Of a DNA stretch of 60,513 nt, positions 28,084-38,426 are shown one piece after another. How positions within the stretch are numbered: the first letter of the stretch is position 1; each line of letters opens with the position of its first letter. Position numbers and translations under genes: made by a program. The notes beneath the pieces were generated by a model. It did not search any database and was not told the origin of the DNA. It was given only the letters and a program-made list of their open reading frames with translations. Source of the DNA: a virus (taxonomy: Duplodnaviria > Caudoviricetes); the IMG/VR virus record IMGVR_UViG_3300041973_000006, positions 1 to 60,513 of that record; one strand, 5' to 3'.

Positions 28084-28099
28084 TCTTTATTGGAGGCTT

Positions 28100-31000
28100 A
28101 TGGCCGGTAAGAGCGCAAGCTATACGTTGAGCGTAGTTCTAAGGCTTACCGACCGATTGAGCGGTAAGATAGATAAGAGTCTATCCGCTCTAAAGGCGCT
28201 CGAAAAACAATCCAATAAGACGCTGAAGGCGCTCTCCGCTCTCAGCAAAGCCAAGTCTCCGCAATTCCCCGCCGCACCTAAGAAGGCCGCGCCCGACCTA
28301 CTACCAAAGCCACCACGTGCCCCGAAGACCGGAGCGCGAGAGTACGCCGAAGCCTCGCGCGTGCTTGGCCTCAAGAGGCAAGAGACGGCACTAGAGCGCG
28401 AGCAAACCCGACTGGCAAGAGAGCAAGCGAAGCTGGCGACCGATGCGGCCTCGCTCTCTCTCAGGCTCCAACGTGAAGAAACCCGGTTAGAGCAGGATGC
28501 GGCGCGAGCGAGACAGGCGAGCGCCCGCGCGTCGAACACCGCCGAACTAGGCGACCTTAGAATCCAGCGCGAGCGCATAAGGCTTCAACGCGAAGCCGAC
28601 AGCTACAACCGTTACAGGCGCGACGGCGGCGTGCTAGGGCGCGTTGATAGATTCGGCCGTCGAGCAGACGAACTCCGCAACGCGACGGGAGACTTTAGAA
28701 GCGCATACGGAACAGTAAGCGAGTTTGCGCGGCCCGCGATTGAGCAGATAAGAACGGAGGCCCGTTACCGCGTCATGGGGCATCCCGCGCAACAGACCAG
28801 CGCGGGGTTAACGGCCGTCGAGCAGACTTTAAAGAACGTGCGCGGCGTCAATCGCGCCGAAGCCCTTGAAAGTCTGACGGCCCTGACTGGCGTGTTCGGA
28901 GACATCGAACAAGCGACGATGTTCCTGCCTATCACCGCGCGCTACATGGCGAACATGAAGGCGCTTTACGGTGACAGATACAGCCCGGCCGAACTAGGGC
29001 GGCAAGTCCAGAACAATTTTAAGAGCATGGAACTGCTCGGCGTTGACCGTCCGACGGGGCCGGGCGGCACGTTCACGAATGAAGACCGCGCGAGGATGGA
29101 GAATTACTTTGACTTGTTCGCGCGAGCGCAGGCGACAACGGGCGGCGACATCAACCCGGCAGAGATTAAAGCCTTCACGAAATACGCGCGCATGTCGGCG
29201 CTCGGTATCACGCCGGAAGGCATGGTTAAGCTGACGCCTCTAATTTCACAGATGGGCGGCGCGCAGCTTGGCACGGCGCTAATGACGCTCTCGCAAAACC
29301 TCGCGGGCGGGCAGATGCCAGCCTACAAAATACGCGAGTGGGACCGTTACGGCATGGTCCGTCACAAGGATGAGAAGGGGCAACCGCTAGTTGAATACAC
29401 GAAGGACGGCCAGATTAAGAGGATGCGGCCGGGTGCTATACCTCTTGCGGACCTTGCTCTAAAAGACCCGGTGGCGGCCTCTGATGAGTTGGCAAAGATA
29501 TTAAAGAGTAGGGGTGTAGATACGTCGGATTTCAAAGAGACGAACAAGGCTCTATACGGTCTATTTGCTAACCGTACATCGTCGGGCGTGATGTCTCAAA
29601 TGATTAACTTCCGCGAAGCCTTACGGAAGGAAAGCGGGAATTTTGAGCGGGCGCTAAACATTAACGACACGTACAAAATGCTATATGAAGGCCAAAGCCC
29701 GCTCGCGGCCTACTTGGATTTACAGGCGAAGGGTGTAGATGCTCAGGCGCGGGCCGCGATGGACCTTGTTAACAAGACGGGCGGCATCGCTGGCGGCGTG
29801 GCCGATTGGATGGGACAGCACCCCGAAATGGCGGCGACGCTTTCGGGGCTGCAAATGCTCGCAACGGCTTCGCTGGAAGCGGCTGGCGGCCTCGGCTCTC
29901 TCGTCTCTGTGTTACCGGCCGGCGGCGGGCATGGCGGCGGAAGTGGGGCGAGCGGTCTTTTAGGTAGTGGCATTAGTTTTACTGATGCGGCGGCCGGCGG
30001 CTGGATGGGTTATCGCGGTCTTAGGTTCCTGCCCCGTTTAGGTCTGCCCGGCATGGTAGCGGCGGCGGGCGCGGGTAGTGTTTACATTCTCCACGAACAG
30101 TACGAGGCCGGAAAGAAAGAGCGTGCCGACGCCGCACAGACCGGCGCGTCTCAGCTTGAAAAGATTAAGGCTTTACGCGACCAGCACGGCGGGAAGCTGC
30201 CGCCCGAAGTGGCGCGCGTGCTGGCCTCTGAAACCTTCCCCGGCCTTAATCGCGCCTCCCTTCTCTATTCGTTAGAGCCTAAAGTACAGACGGCGGGCTA
30301 TCCCGGTGTAAGCGTCGGCCCGACGCGCGAGAAGATGCAGGGCACGGTTGCGGGCGAGTTCTCACGCCGCGCGCCGCAACTGCAATTCCCTGAAATCATG
30401 GCGGGATGGATCTCCGATACGAACCGCCTTGTAGAGTCTCGCGTGATAACGAAGGGCGCGGGCGCGCAGCAACTAGAGATTGCGAAACTGGCCTTCCCTG
30501 AAAGCTACAAGACGGCTTCTGACGACCTCGCCGCGCAAACGGCCGCGCTCGCGGCCTCGCTCGCCAAAGCTAACGAAGGCATCGCTGGCAATCCCTTTCT
30601 AACTAATAACCCGCTCGCTCAACTTTTTGACGGCACGGCCTTTCAACAGGCGGGTGAAGGGGCGCGGCTTCTGGCCGAGCAATCGAAGGCGGCAGGCGAT
30701 GGCCTAACGGACGCGGCGCGTGCGAGCGACAGGCTTCCGGCTTCGCTTTACAGATTTGAGGGGAGTCTAAACGCGGTCGCGGCCCGCCTGTATAATCTCG
30801 ACTTCGACATCAAAATCCCGTCCTTCGACATCAGCAGGCCGACGCCGAGCCACAACCCGCCCGCCTCGCCCTCGCCGCGCCCGCCGTTCGCTCGCTCGAT
30901 ACCAAAGAGCGCCATCGGCAGCGTGATCGAGAGTGACGGCCTTGTGAATCTACACAGGGGCAACGTCGTTACGCCCGCGAAGCTCTCCCGTAGGAAGCCG

Positions 31001-31336
31001 GGCGATTGGCTGGACGCTGCCACGACCATGACGAGGGCGCTCGACGCCGACAGGCGGGTCGCACAGCTTACGCGTGAGACGGGCGCGCCCGCGTTCGGCG
31101 GCTCTTACGGTGAGTTTTACGAGTCTTCGGAATCTTCCATCACCGTTTCGCCTGTCTATCAGATAAAGGTTGAGGCCGGGCCGGGCTCTGACACTGACGT
31201 GATAGTTGCGAAGCTGCACGCCGAGATGGAACGTAGCAACGCGCAGCTTCTGGATGAGGTGCAGCGGCTGACACACCCGCGCCGCATCAACCGTCACGTC
31301 AAAGGCAGGATGTCGCGCGAGTCGGAGGTGAGCTAA
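28100..31336 (+). CDS. Tape measure protein
   Basis: 1078 aa Ala/Gly-rich helical protein; L.VVLRLTDRLS start; position. Confidence 0.85.
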   Translation: MAGKSASYTLSVVLRLTDRLSGKIDKSLSALKALEKQSNKTLKALSALSKAKSPQFPAAPKKAAPDLLPKPPRAPKTGAREYAEASRVLGLKRQETALEREQTRLAREQAKLATDAASLSLRLQREETRLEQDAARARQASARASNTAELGDLRIQRERIRLQREADSYNRYRRDGGVLGRVDRFGRRADELRNATGDFRSAYGTVSEFARPAIEQIRTEARYRVMGHPAQQTSAGLTAVEQTLKNVRGVNRAEALESLTALTGVFGDIEQATMFLPITARYMANMKALYGDRYSPAELGRQVQNNFKSMELLGVDRPTGPGGTFTNEDRARMENYFDLFARAQATTGGDINPAEIKAFTKYARMSALGITPEGMVKLTPLISQMGGAQLGTALMTLSQNLAGGQMPAYKIREWDRYGMVRHKDEKGQPLVEYTKDGQIKRMRPGAIPLADLALKDPVAASDELAKILKSRGVDTSDFKETNKALYGLFANRTSSGVMSQMINFREALRKESGNFERALNINDTYKMLYEGQSPLAAYLDLQAKGVDAQARAAMDLVNKTGGIAGGVADWMGQHPEMAATLSGLQMLATASLEAAGGLGSLVSVLPAGGGHGGGSGASGLLGSGISFTDAAAGGWMGYRGLRFLPRLGLPGMVAAAGAGSVYILHEQYEAGKKERADAAQTGASQLEKIKALRDQHGGKLPPEVARVLASETFPGLNRASLLYSLEPKVQTAGYPGVSVGPTREKMQGTVAGEFSRRAPQLQFPEIMAGWISDTNRLVESRVITKGAGAQQLEIAKLAFPESYKTASDDLAAQTAALAASLAKANEGIAGNPFLTNNPLAQLFDGTAFQQAGEGARLLAEQSKAAGDGLTDAARASDRLPASLYRFEGSLNAVAARLYNLDFDIKIPSFDISRPTPSHNPPASPSPRPPFARSIPKSAIGSVIESDGLVNLHRGNVVTPAKLSRRKPGDWLDAATTMTRALDADRRVAQLTRETGAPAFGGSYGEFYESSESSITVSPVYQIKVEAGPGSDTDVIVAKLHAEMERSNAQLLDEVQRLTHPRRINRHVKGRMSRESEVS

Positions 31337-31878
31337 TGCAGGGATTGAAGAAGCCTCCGCGCCGAGAGTTCCCGTTCGTGCTGATTAATTTGTTAAACGG
31401 ACAGGGGTTCACCTTTATTTTTCCGACAGAAATATCTCTGAGTGCGCGGGCCGACTGGCGGGCTCAAAACATTACGGCCGGCAGTAAGCCGCTCCTCTAC
31501 GGCAACACTGAGCCGGAAGAACTTCGTTTCGACAGTCTCTGGCTTGACTCTGTGGCTGCGGGTGAATCTCTGTCGCCGCTCATAGTTAAGTTAGTAGAAC
31601 TTACCAAGAAGATGGAAGGGGCCGGCACACCGCCGCCGCTGCTTGCGAGTTGGGGCGACACTGAGTTCCTGTGCGTCATGCAGGAGGTGACCATTAAAGA
31701 GAAGTTCTTCAACTCGGAAGGTAAGCCGTTGCGCGCTGAAGTGAGCATGACGCTCCTCGAACTTCAGGAAGAAAACCAGCCGCAGACTTCACAGCCTTCT
31801 CAAACCGTCTCGTCTTCGCCATCTGCATTCCCGAGCGGGCAGGTATCGTCAGGGAGTGTCTTTGGTCCTGAGCCATGA
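31336..31878 (+). CDS. Tail tube initiator / CIS-tube-like protein
   Basis: PPPLLASWG..CVMQEVTI...FNSEGKPLRAEVSMTL.E. Confidence 0.8.
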   Translation: MQGLKKPPRREFPFVLINLLNGQGFTFIFPTEISLSARADWRAQNITAGSKPLLYGNTEPEELRFDSLWLDSVAAGESLSPLIVKLVELTKKMEGAGTPPPLLASWGDTEFLCVMQEVTIKEKFFNSEGKPLRAEVSMTLLELQEENQPQTSQPSQTVSSSPSAFPSGQVSSGSVFGPEP

Positions 31879-32126
31879 AGAGAAGCATTCCCCCTTTCGA
31901 GAGGCACAGCGTCTACCTGCCCGAAACCGATGGTAGGTTGACCGTCCATTTCTACGCCGAGTTCGAGACGCTAACGGGCCTCGCTCAGAGGTATTACGGA
32001 GACTGGCGCCTTTGGAGACTAATCGCTAACCGTAACAACATCGTGGACGCACGCCGCATCGTGCCTGGCACGCAACTCTTTATTCCGGCACGCCCAGCGC
32101 AGGACGGGGCCTTCGAGGTTCTGTGA
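31875..32126 (+). CDS. LysM/tail X protein
   Basis: ETLTGLAQRYYGD..LWRLIANRN.I..PG..L.IP. Confidence 0.85.
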   Translation: MKRSIPPFERHSVYLPETDGRLTVHFYAEFETLTGLAQRYYGDWRLWRLIANRNNIVDARRIVPGTQLFIPARPAQDGAFEVL

Positions 32127-33157
32127 GCACTCCTTACGATCCGCACCTCGTTATTGAGATCGGCAGCCGCACGATTGATTCGTGGGCTGAGGACAGCCGT
32201 GTTGAGGGCGCGGAGGTTGAATTGGTGACGGGGGCCACCTCACAGGCAGAGTTCCGTCTCTTCGACCCCGATCCGGATTTTCCTTTCATCTCGTCTCTAA
32301 CGAAGGCCAGCGAGGTTACCTCTTCAACCGTTAGAGTGTGGTTGGGGTTCGGCCCACGCGCTGAGTTGGGAGAGCCTATCTTCAAAGGACTGCTCGCCCG
32401 AGTCGAGTACCACATGGGAGTGACGGCCGTTTGTGCCTTCGACATGGGATTCCGGATGAAGAAGGTCCAGAAGACCGAGTATCACTACAAGTTAACGGAC
32501 CTTCAGCTAATTGAGAAACTTGCTCGTCGCAATGGCCTCGGCTTCGAAGGTCCGGACGCGCCTGTCTCGCTCGACAAAATCCCTTCTTACAAGCAGGAGG
32601 CTCGCACGGACTGGGATGAGGCGTTGGCGGCCGCCGAGCGCTGCGCGCTCGGGATCTATGTCCGTGATGACACTCTCTTCGCGAAAGAGGCCGCGAAGAC
32701 GGCGCCGACGCCGCTGCACATCTTCAATTACCGCCGAGACTTCATGCTGCTAGATGATTTCCACCTGCGCTATCGCGTACCGGAAAACCAGGAAGGCCGG
32801 CCCGCAATCATCAAGACTCGCACGCGTGGCCGGGGTGGCAAGCGGCTTGAAGGCCAATCCGAGGAGCACGAGCGAGGCACGCAGCAGGTAGCGCTGAAGC
32901 GGGATCTGCACGTTAAAAGCAAAAAGCATGCTGACAAGCGAGCAGAGGCGCGCAAACTCCTCAAGCGCGAGCACACATTTGAGGGGTCGATCTCAGTCCT
33001 TCCGAGTTATAGAGGCGAGCGGACCCGACCGCGCTCTACGATAGCACTTGGAGGTCTCCCGGGATTCTTCAGCGGAAAGTGGCTCGTCGAGCGTGTTACT
33101 CACATCTTGGAGCCGGGTGAACTGACTGCCGAAATGGATGTGTATAGGGAGAAATAA
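32123..33157 (+). CDS. Baseplate hub (late control D-like)
   Basis: VWLGF..IFKG, TD..LI..LA, QEARTDW, FSGKWLVERVTH. Confidence 0.85.
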   Translation: MSTPYDPHLVIEIGSRTIDSWAEDSRVEGAEVELVTGATSQAEFRLFDPDPDFPFISSLTKASEVTSSTVRVWLGFGPRAELGEPIFKGLLARVEYHMGVTAVCAFDMGFRMKKVQKTEYHYKLTDLQLIEKLARRNGLGFEGPDAPVSLDKIPSYKQEARTDWDEALAAAERCALGIYVRDDTLFAKEAAKTAPTPLHIFNYRRDFMLLDDFHLRYRVPENQEGRPAIIKTRTRGRGGKRLEGQSEEHERGTQQVALKRDLHVKSKKHADKRAEARKLLKREHTFEGSISVLPSYRGERTRPRSTIALGGLPGFFSGKWLVERVTHILEPGELTAEMDVYREK

Positions 33158-33185
33158 ACTCTACTATCCCCGTCCGCTAAAGACT

Positions 33186-33824
33186 ATGCCACAACGATAC
33201 AGCCAACTCGCGCGGCAACAGGTGACTGACCACGAAGACCGGGAAGACTGGTTTAGCGGAGTTGCGGCGATTGTTGCAGAGGCGGACCCGGCGACGATGA
33301 GCGTCAAGTGCGTCATCCCGGAGATAGACGAGCATCGTGTTCATGACGAGTGGATTCCGGTCCTAACACCCTTTGTGGGGAAACCCGGCTACGGTGCCGC
33401 CTTCATCCCGGCGCTCGGTTCCGAAGTCGTCCTGTTCAGCTGGGGCAGCGAGGGTTTGACGCTCTATGCCATACCGCGCTTCAACGAGCTTTATACAGCC
33501 CCGCCAGAATTTGCTGACGGTAGCCGCGGCTGCAAGTGCGACACCGTCCTGCGGCTGCTCTGTGACCTGCTAATCGAGATCAGGAGTCAGACACAGGTAC
33601 AGGTGCAGGCCGGGCAGGAGGTGAATGCCGATGCTCCGGATGTGCGGCTTCGGGCGGGCGGCGCTGTTGGCGTCCACACGCAGGGTGCGAAGGTCGGATT
33701 CCTTGGGGCCGCGCCGGTCGCACGCCAGCAGTTGCCGGGGCCGGCTGTGGACCTTGAGACGTGCAAGACGCTCGCAAATGCCCTTCGTGCGGCGCTTATT
33801 AGCTTCGGACTTGGAGGAGGTTGA
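33186..33824 (+). CDS. Baseplate spike (GpV-like OB fold)
   Basis: VKCVIP..WIPVLTPFVG..YG..FIP.LGSEV. Confidence 0.85.
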   Translation: MPQRYSQLARQQVTDHEDREDWFSGVAAIVAEADPATMSVKCVIPEIDEHRVHDEWIPVLTPFVGKPGYGAAFIPALGSEVVLFSWGSEGLTLYAIPRFNELYTAPPEFADGSRGCKCDTVLRLLCDLLIEIRSQTQVQVQAGQEVNADAPDVRLRAGGAVGVHTQGAKVGFLGAAPVARQQLPGPAVDLETCKTLANALRAALISFGLGGG

Positions 33825-33831
33825 GGCGTTT

Positions 33832-34215
33832 ATGAGCATTCACGGAACCAGTCTCTCTCATCCTTTCCGCCCTGACTCGCGCGGGTCGTTGGCGACGGTA
33901 AGCACTCCGAAAGACATCTTGACGGATGCACTTCTATCAATTCTTCAGACGCGCCAGGGTGAACGCGTAATGATGCCTGATTATGGGTTACCTGACTCAA
34001 TCTTCTCAGTGAAAGGCGCAGGGTTCGTCCGACTGCTCGGCTTCTACCTGAAGCAACAGGTCGAACGATACGTGCCTGGCATCGCCTCGGTAGAAGTAGC
34101 GGAGCAGCCAGGTGCTGGCGAGCATGAATCGATTTTACTCGTCACATGGACGGAGCGCGGAACCAATGTCCCGCATAACTTAGTCTATCCGACGAGACAA
34201 TTGGTGGGAGGTTGA
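33832..34215 (+). CDS. Baseplate wedge gp25/GpW-like protein
   Basis: ILQTRQGERVMMPDYG. Confidence 0.9.
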   Translation: MSIHGTSLSHPFRPDSRGSLATVSTPKDILTDALLSILQTRQGERVMMPDYGLPDSIFSVKGAGFVRLLGFYLKQQVERYVPGIASVEVAEQPGAGEHESILLVTWTERGTNVPHNLVYPTRQLVGG

Positions 34216-34219
34216 GCAC

Positions 34220-34540
34220 ATGAATGATGCGATTCAGAAAAATTCGGAGCAAGCAGCGCCGGCAGCCGTGGAGGTCAATTCCCTCGTGCAGATGCTGGAA
34301 GGCCGCGTGCGCGAGCGCGCGGCTGCGCTCGAAGTCCTTGGCCAGCGCCGACACGTGATCGCGGGCACAATCTCGGACCTTAAAGACGATTTGGCCGACG
34401 TTGAAACGAGGATCGCGCAGACGAGCGGGGAGCTACAAGAGGCGCAGACCTTATTACGTCTCGTGCGCGAGGCCAAGCCTGCGCCGGCCGAAGCGCTGAC
34501 TGCGAGCCGGAGCCGAAAGGGAGAGGGCAAGCATGGCTGA
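34220..34540 (+). CDS. Coiled-coil hypothetical protein
   Basis: Between gp25 and baseplate J genes; RBS present. Confidence 0.55.
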   Translation: MNDAIQKNSEQAAPAAVEVNSLVQMLEGRVRERAAALEVLGQRRHVIAGTISDLKDDLADVETRIAQTSGELQEAQTLLRLVREAKPAPAEALTASRSRKGEGKHG

Positions 34541-35738
34541 GTTGGTGCCGCCACCGGACCTGGATATCAGAGACGAGGAGCAGATCGCCGCGCAGGCCAT
34601 TGGCTTCACTTGCGCGCCGCAGACACTTCCGCGCATTGATTTTCAGATCGGCGTCATGCGTGAGCTGCGCGCACGGGTCGAGGCCGGGATGGACCCGCCA
34701 CCAGTCTGCCCTGAACTCACGAATGCCAATCCCGATAAACCCCACGTTGTGCTTCTGGAAGTGATGTCATGGCTAATTGCCATCATCGCTCGACGCATCA
34801 ATCGTCTTCCCGTCAAGGTGCAGGTGGAGTTCGCCCGCCTCTTCGGCGTCGAGTTAAGAGAAGCAACGCTCGCGGAGACTACTCTACGCTTCACTGTGGC
34901 ACCACCCGATGGCGAGGGGGCTGTGATTCCTGTCGACACGACAGTTAGAAGCGCAGACGGCGCATACACATTCCTGACCATTGAGGAGCTTGTGCTGGCC
35001 CCGGGAGTAAACGTCGGCGACGTGGCCGCTCGGCGAAACGTGGCTGGCGCAACGACGCTCGCGCCTGACGTATTGACAGTCCTCACCGACCCGGTTGCAT
35101 GGGTCGAGTCCGTGACTAATCCTGAGGCTGTCGAGTCGGGTACTGACGCCGAGACAGTTGAATCGGCTCTGGCGCGCGCGCGGCGTTACCAGCGAAGGGG
35201 CGAGCGGTTGGTCTCAGCACAAGATTTGGAGGAGGCAATCCTCGACGACGTACTCCTCGGTAACGGCATCGTGAGAGCCTTCCCTTTTATCATGGACGGA
35301 GTTTGGGATGAGTTGACGTCCGGGCACACGACCATTGTCGTGATGACGCGGGCAGGCGCGCCTGTGAGCGACGCTGCCAAGCAGCAAATCGCTACAACCA
35401 TGCAGCAGGCGGTTGGGACGCAGTTCATCTACGTCAAGGATCCGGAGTTCGTCGAGTTCAATATCTCGGCGGCCGTGCGCCTGGAGGGCCTCACTCCTCA
35501 GGATGCAATCATAGCGGGTGTTAAGAAGAGGCTCGAAGCGTTCTACGCACCGACGGCACAAAACTTTGGCAAGTCCGCTTTCCAGTCAGACATCATCGGG
35601 CTTATCGAAGGTAGCCCCGGGGTGGAGCGGATTGAGCGGCAGCCGGGCGGCGAGTTGTTGGCCGCGCCGGCGGATGACGTGGAGGTCGCTCCCTATCAAA
35701 TGCCTCGGCTCGGAACGGTGACACTCAATGTCATTTAG
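34533..35738 (+). CDS. Baseplate J/gp47 protein
   Basis: VTNPEAVESGTDAET..R..RLVSAQDLE. Confidence 0.9.
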   Translation: MAELVPPPDLDIRDEEQIAAQAIGFTCAPQTLPRIDFQIGVMRELRARVEAGMDPPPVCPELTNANPDKPHVVLLEVMSWLIAIIARRINRLPVKVQVEFARLFGVELREATLAETTLRFTVAPPDGEGAVIPVDTTVRSADGAYTFLTIEELVLAPGVNVGDVAARRNVAGATTLAPDVLTVLTDPVAWVESVTNPEAVESGTDAETVESALARARRYQRRGERLVSAQDLEEAILDDVLLGNGIVRAFPFIMDGVWDELTSGHTTIVVMTRAGAPVSDAAKQQIATTMQQAVGTQFIYVKDPEFVEFNISAAVRLEGLTPQDAIIAGVKKRLEAFYAPTAQNFGKSAFQSDIIGLIEGSPGVERIERQPGGELLAAPADDVEVAPYQMPRLGTVTLNVI

Positions 35739-36363
35739 GAACAATTTAGAGTACCTCTACGAGCGCCTGCCCGGCTTCATGCGGCGTGAAGATGCCACCA
35801 CGCCCACCGTAGCGGCGCCGCTGTTTTTGAAACGCTTCATCAGCTTTTTTGCCGGCGAGATGGACGCCTTCGACCGTGTAGTTGACACGCTTCATGAGCG
35901 TGTCGCGCCGGAGACGGCCTCGGAGGAGTTCCTGAACTGGTGGCTGTGGGCGTTCTTCGGATGGGCATGGTTTCCGGTCTGGATGACGCTCGACCGCAAG
36001 CGCGCCTTCTACCGGGACGTGGCGGTTCACTATGCCCGGCGCGGCACGGCGCGTGGGATCAAGGAATTCCTTGCGGCGTTCGGCATCACGGCGCGCGTCT
36101 TCGCCGCGCCTCAGTTCCACGGCGAATCTACGACCGGAGAGGACGATTGGGTCATTACAGGGCCGAACGTCATCGTGGTGCAGATCTATCCGCAGACCGC
36201 GGCGCTTGCCGAGGACCTCTCTTTCTATGGTGAGTGGACCACAGGTGAGGACGTAATCGCCAACCCGGCGCTGACAGTCACAAGGACAGACGTAGACGCG
36301 TTACTGAGATTTCAACAACCCATCGGTCAACACATCATCGTCGTCGAGCTGACGGCGGGCTAG
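35728..36363 (+). CDS. Phage tail protein I (baseplate wedge)
   Basis: LYERLP..PETASEEFLNW..RRGTARGI. Confidence 0.85.
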   Translation: MSFRNNLEYLYERLPGFMRREDATTPTVAAPLFLKRFISFFAGEMDAFDRVVDTLHERVAPETASEEFLNWWLWAFFGWAWFPVWMTLDRKRAFYRDVAVHYARRGTARGIKEFLAAFGITARVFAAPQFHGESTTGEDDWVITGPNVIVVQIYPQTAALAEDLSFYGEWTTGEDVIANPALTVTRTDVDALLRFQQPIGQHIIVVELTAG

Positions 36364-36375
36364 AGAGGGGAAGAA

Positions 36376-37830
36376 ATGTCCAGAAAAGTCAGGATCGCGC
36401 ACTTCGTCGCCGGTGGCGTAGAGTACGGCCGCGTCGTACAACCGTCCGAGCACATGGATATGCAGCACTACGCGCACCGCCACGTGGAACTGGTGACGCG
36501 TGACAAGCTGACCGGCGGCGGAGCAGTCGAGGTTTCAGGATTTGATTACGCTCTTCCTGGGGGGATGAACTTCTCGGTTGGCGAAGGTCACGCCCTCGAC
36601 GGCGACGGCTTGAGCTATCACACCTTCCCCGAGGGAGAGGCCTCGGTCGTAGCCATTCCCGCAGCACACCCGGCGCAACCACGAATTGATTTAGTCGTGG
36701 CCACGTTGCAGGCCGAAGTCGAGACCGAGAACGGCCCGCTCGCCCATCGCAGGCTCCGCACAACATTGGAGTTGCAGGCGGGCGCTGACCCATACCCGAT
36801 AGAGAATCAGAACGTCGCCACGGAGATTCAGAACCGCGCGACTATTCAAGTCATTCAAGGTGTGGCGGGAGTGGCCCCCGTTGCTCCTGCTGCGGGGGCA
36901 GGACAGGTAGCGCTCTACCGAGTGCGCGTTGAGGCAGCGGCCGGCGCCATCACTGCTGACAAAGTGACGGACGTCCGAAATCTCATGCGGTCGCTTCACG
37001 ACGCACTGACTGAACTCGACACTCTCAGCGCGAGCCCGGCAATCGCAGACCTCGGCGCGGCGCTTAATGATCGAGTAGCAGTCGCCGGTACTCTACAGAA
37101 GAACTACGCTGGCGGGATACTGACGCTGTCCTCACCGCCGGTGGACCTCTCGACGAGAGTCGCAAAAGCTGGCGATACGATGACTGGTCAACTCATCCTG
37201 CCGGCGAATGGCCTCGTGATTGGCGGCCCCGGCGGCACGCAGCTCGTCGCCGCAGGCGGCAAGATCGGTCTCGGCATCGCCGCCCCGGAGACGGCCCTAC
37301 ACCTCTACGGGCAGCAGAACTTCGTGCCGGTGGCCATTATTCACGGCGTCGGCGCGAGCGAGGGCATCCAGGTCAAGACGGACGCCAGCAACGTGAAGTT
37401 GGCCGAGTTTATTTCGAACGGCAATCAACTGATGCTGCTGCACGGCGGGCCGGGCACCTCGACCGTGGTCATCTCAAAGATTGTCAATGACAAATACGGC
37501 CTGGAGATCGCTAACGGGGGTGACAGGGGTCATGGCCTTTACGTGCATACCGGCGCATCGGGAGCGGAGCCGCTCGCTCTCTTTCATTCCATCCTCGGCG
37601 ATGCGCTCAAGATACAGGCGAACGGGAAGGTCGGCGTAGGCACTAACAATCCTGTGCTGAGTGGAGTCGGCAAACTGCACGTCGCGGGTGACGTGATCCG
37701 CCTCGATACTCCCCGCACGCCTGGCGCGGCCAGCTCCGGCAACCCTGGAGAGTTCTGCTGGGATGCCGGATTCCTATATATCTGTGTTAGCGCCAATACG
37801 TGGAAACGTGTTGCGTTGGTCGCCTACTGA
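36376..37830 (+). CDS. Tail fibre protein
   Basis: PRIDLVV N-terminal domain; KAGDTMTG, GKIGLG..P..LH repeats; GEFCWD..FLYICV..NTWKRVAL end. Confidence 0.85.
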   Translation: MSRKVRIAHFVAGGVEYGRVVQPSEHMDMQHYAHRHVELVTRDKLTGGGAVEVSGFDYALPGGMNFSVGEGHALDGDGLSYHTFPEGEASVVAIPAAHPAQPRIDLVVATLQAEVETENGPLAHRRLRTTLELQAGADPYPIENQNVATEIQNRATIQVIQGVAGVAPVAPAAGAGQVALYRVRVEAAAGAITADKVTDVRNLMRSLHDALTELDTLSASPAIADLGAALNDRVAVAGTLQKNYAGGILTLSSPPVDLSTRVAKAGDTMTGQLILPANGLVIGGPGGTQLVAAGGKIGLGIAAPETALHLYGQQNFVPVAIIHGVGASEGIQVKTDASNVKLAEFISNGNQLMLLHGGPGTSTVVISKIVNDKYGLEIANGGDRGHGLYVHTGASGAEPLALFHSILGDALKIQANGKVGVGTNNPVLSGVGKLHVAGDVIRLDTPRTPGAASSGNPGEFCWDAGFLYICVSANTWKRVALVAY

Positions 37831-37844
37831 GGAGGGCAGTAATC

Positions 37845-38249
37845 ATGGCATTCGTTTCATTTCACATTAACCGCTACGACAAGCGCATGACGGGCGGAAA
37901 TGTCGAGACAGGGATCTTCGTCGCCGGTTACGTCTTCGATGATGCCTGGGAAGAACCGCGTCGCTCCATCGAGTTCTGGATCGAAGGGCCGGAGCACACG
38001 GCACTGCCTGCTGGCCAGCCCGCACGGAATGACGCGCTGGTTGCCATCATCAAGCGCGAAGTGGCCGCGAAACATGCCGTTTTGGATGCGGCTATCGCGG
38101 CTGAGGGCGGCGCCTTCATAGACTCGGCCGAGAATGTTGAGACGGAATTGGGAGTGAGTGAGATCGAAGACCTCCTCAATCCGGCTCCACCGTTCGAAGG
38201 TGGCGGTGGTGGCGAGGAGGGCGAGGGTGGCGGTCCACTTGGACCCTAA
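37845..38249 (+). CDS. Tail-fibre-associated hypothetical protein
   Basis: GAGGAGG RBS; last gene of the structural operon. Confidence 0.55.
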   Translation: MAFVSFHINRYDKRMTGGNVETGIFVAGYVFDDAWEEPRRSIEFWIEGPEHTALPAGQPARNDALVAIIKREVAAKHAVLDAAIAAEGGAFIDSAENVETELGVSEIEDLLNPAPPFEGGGGGEEGEGGGPLGP

Positions 38250-38297
38250 GGGGATGCTAATTCCCGATAACACAGCATAAGTGGTCTGCTCACGTAT

Positions 38298-38344
38298 GAG
38301 AGGCAACAGGGGGAGGGCAGTCAGCCCTCCCCCTGTTGCCTCTC
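38298..38344. terminator. 21 bp perfect-stem hairpin closing the late operon
   Basis: GAGAGGCAACAGGGGGAGGGC-AGTCA-GCCCTCCCCCTGTTGCCTCTC. Confidence 0.65.
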
Positions 38345-38426
38345 CCAATCTAGTCTTCCAACCGTAACAAACATGATGTAGAATCCGCCGCGTTCTTCGC
38401 AACCTACCTCACTTGGAGAGTCTTCC

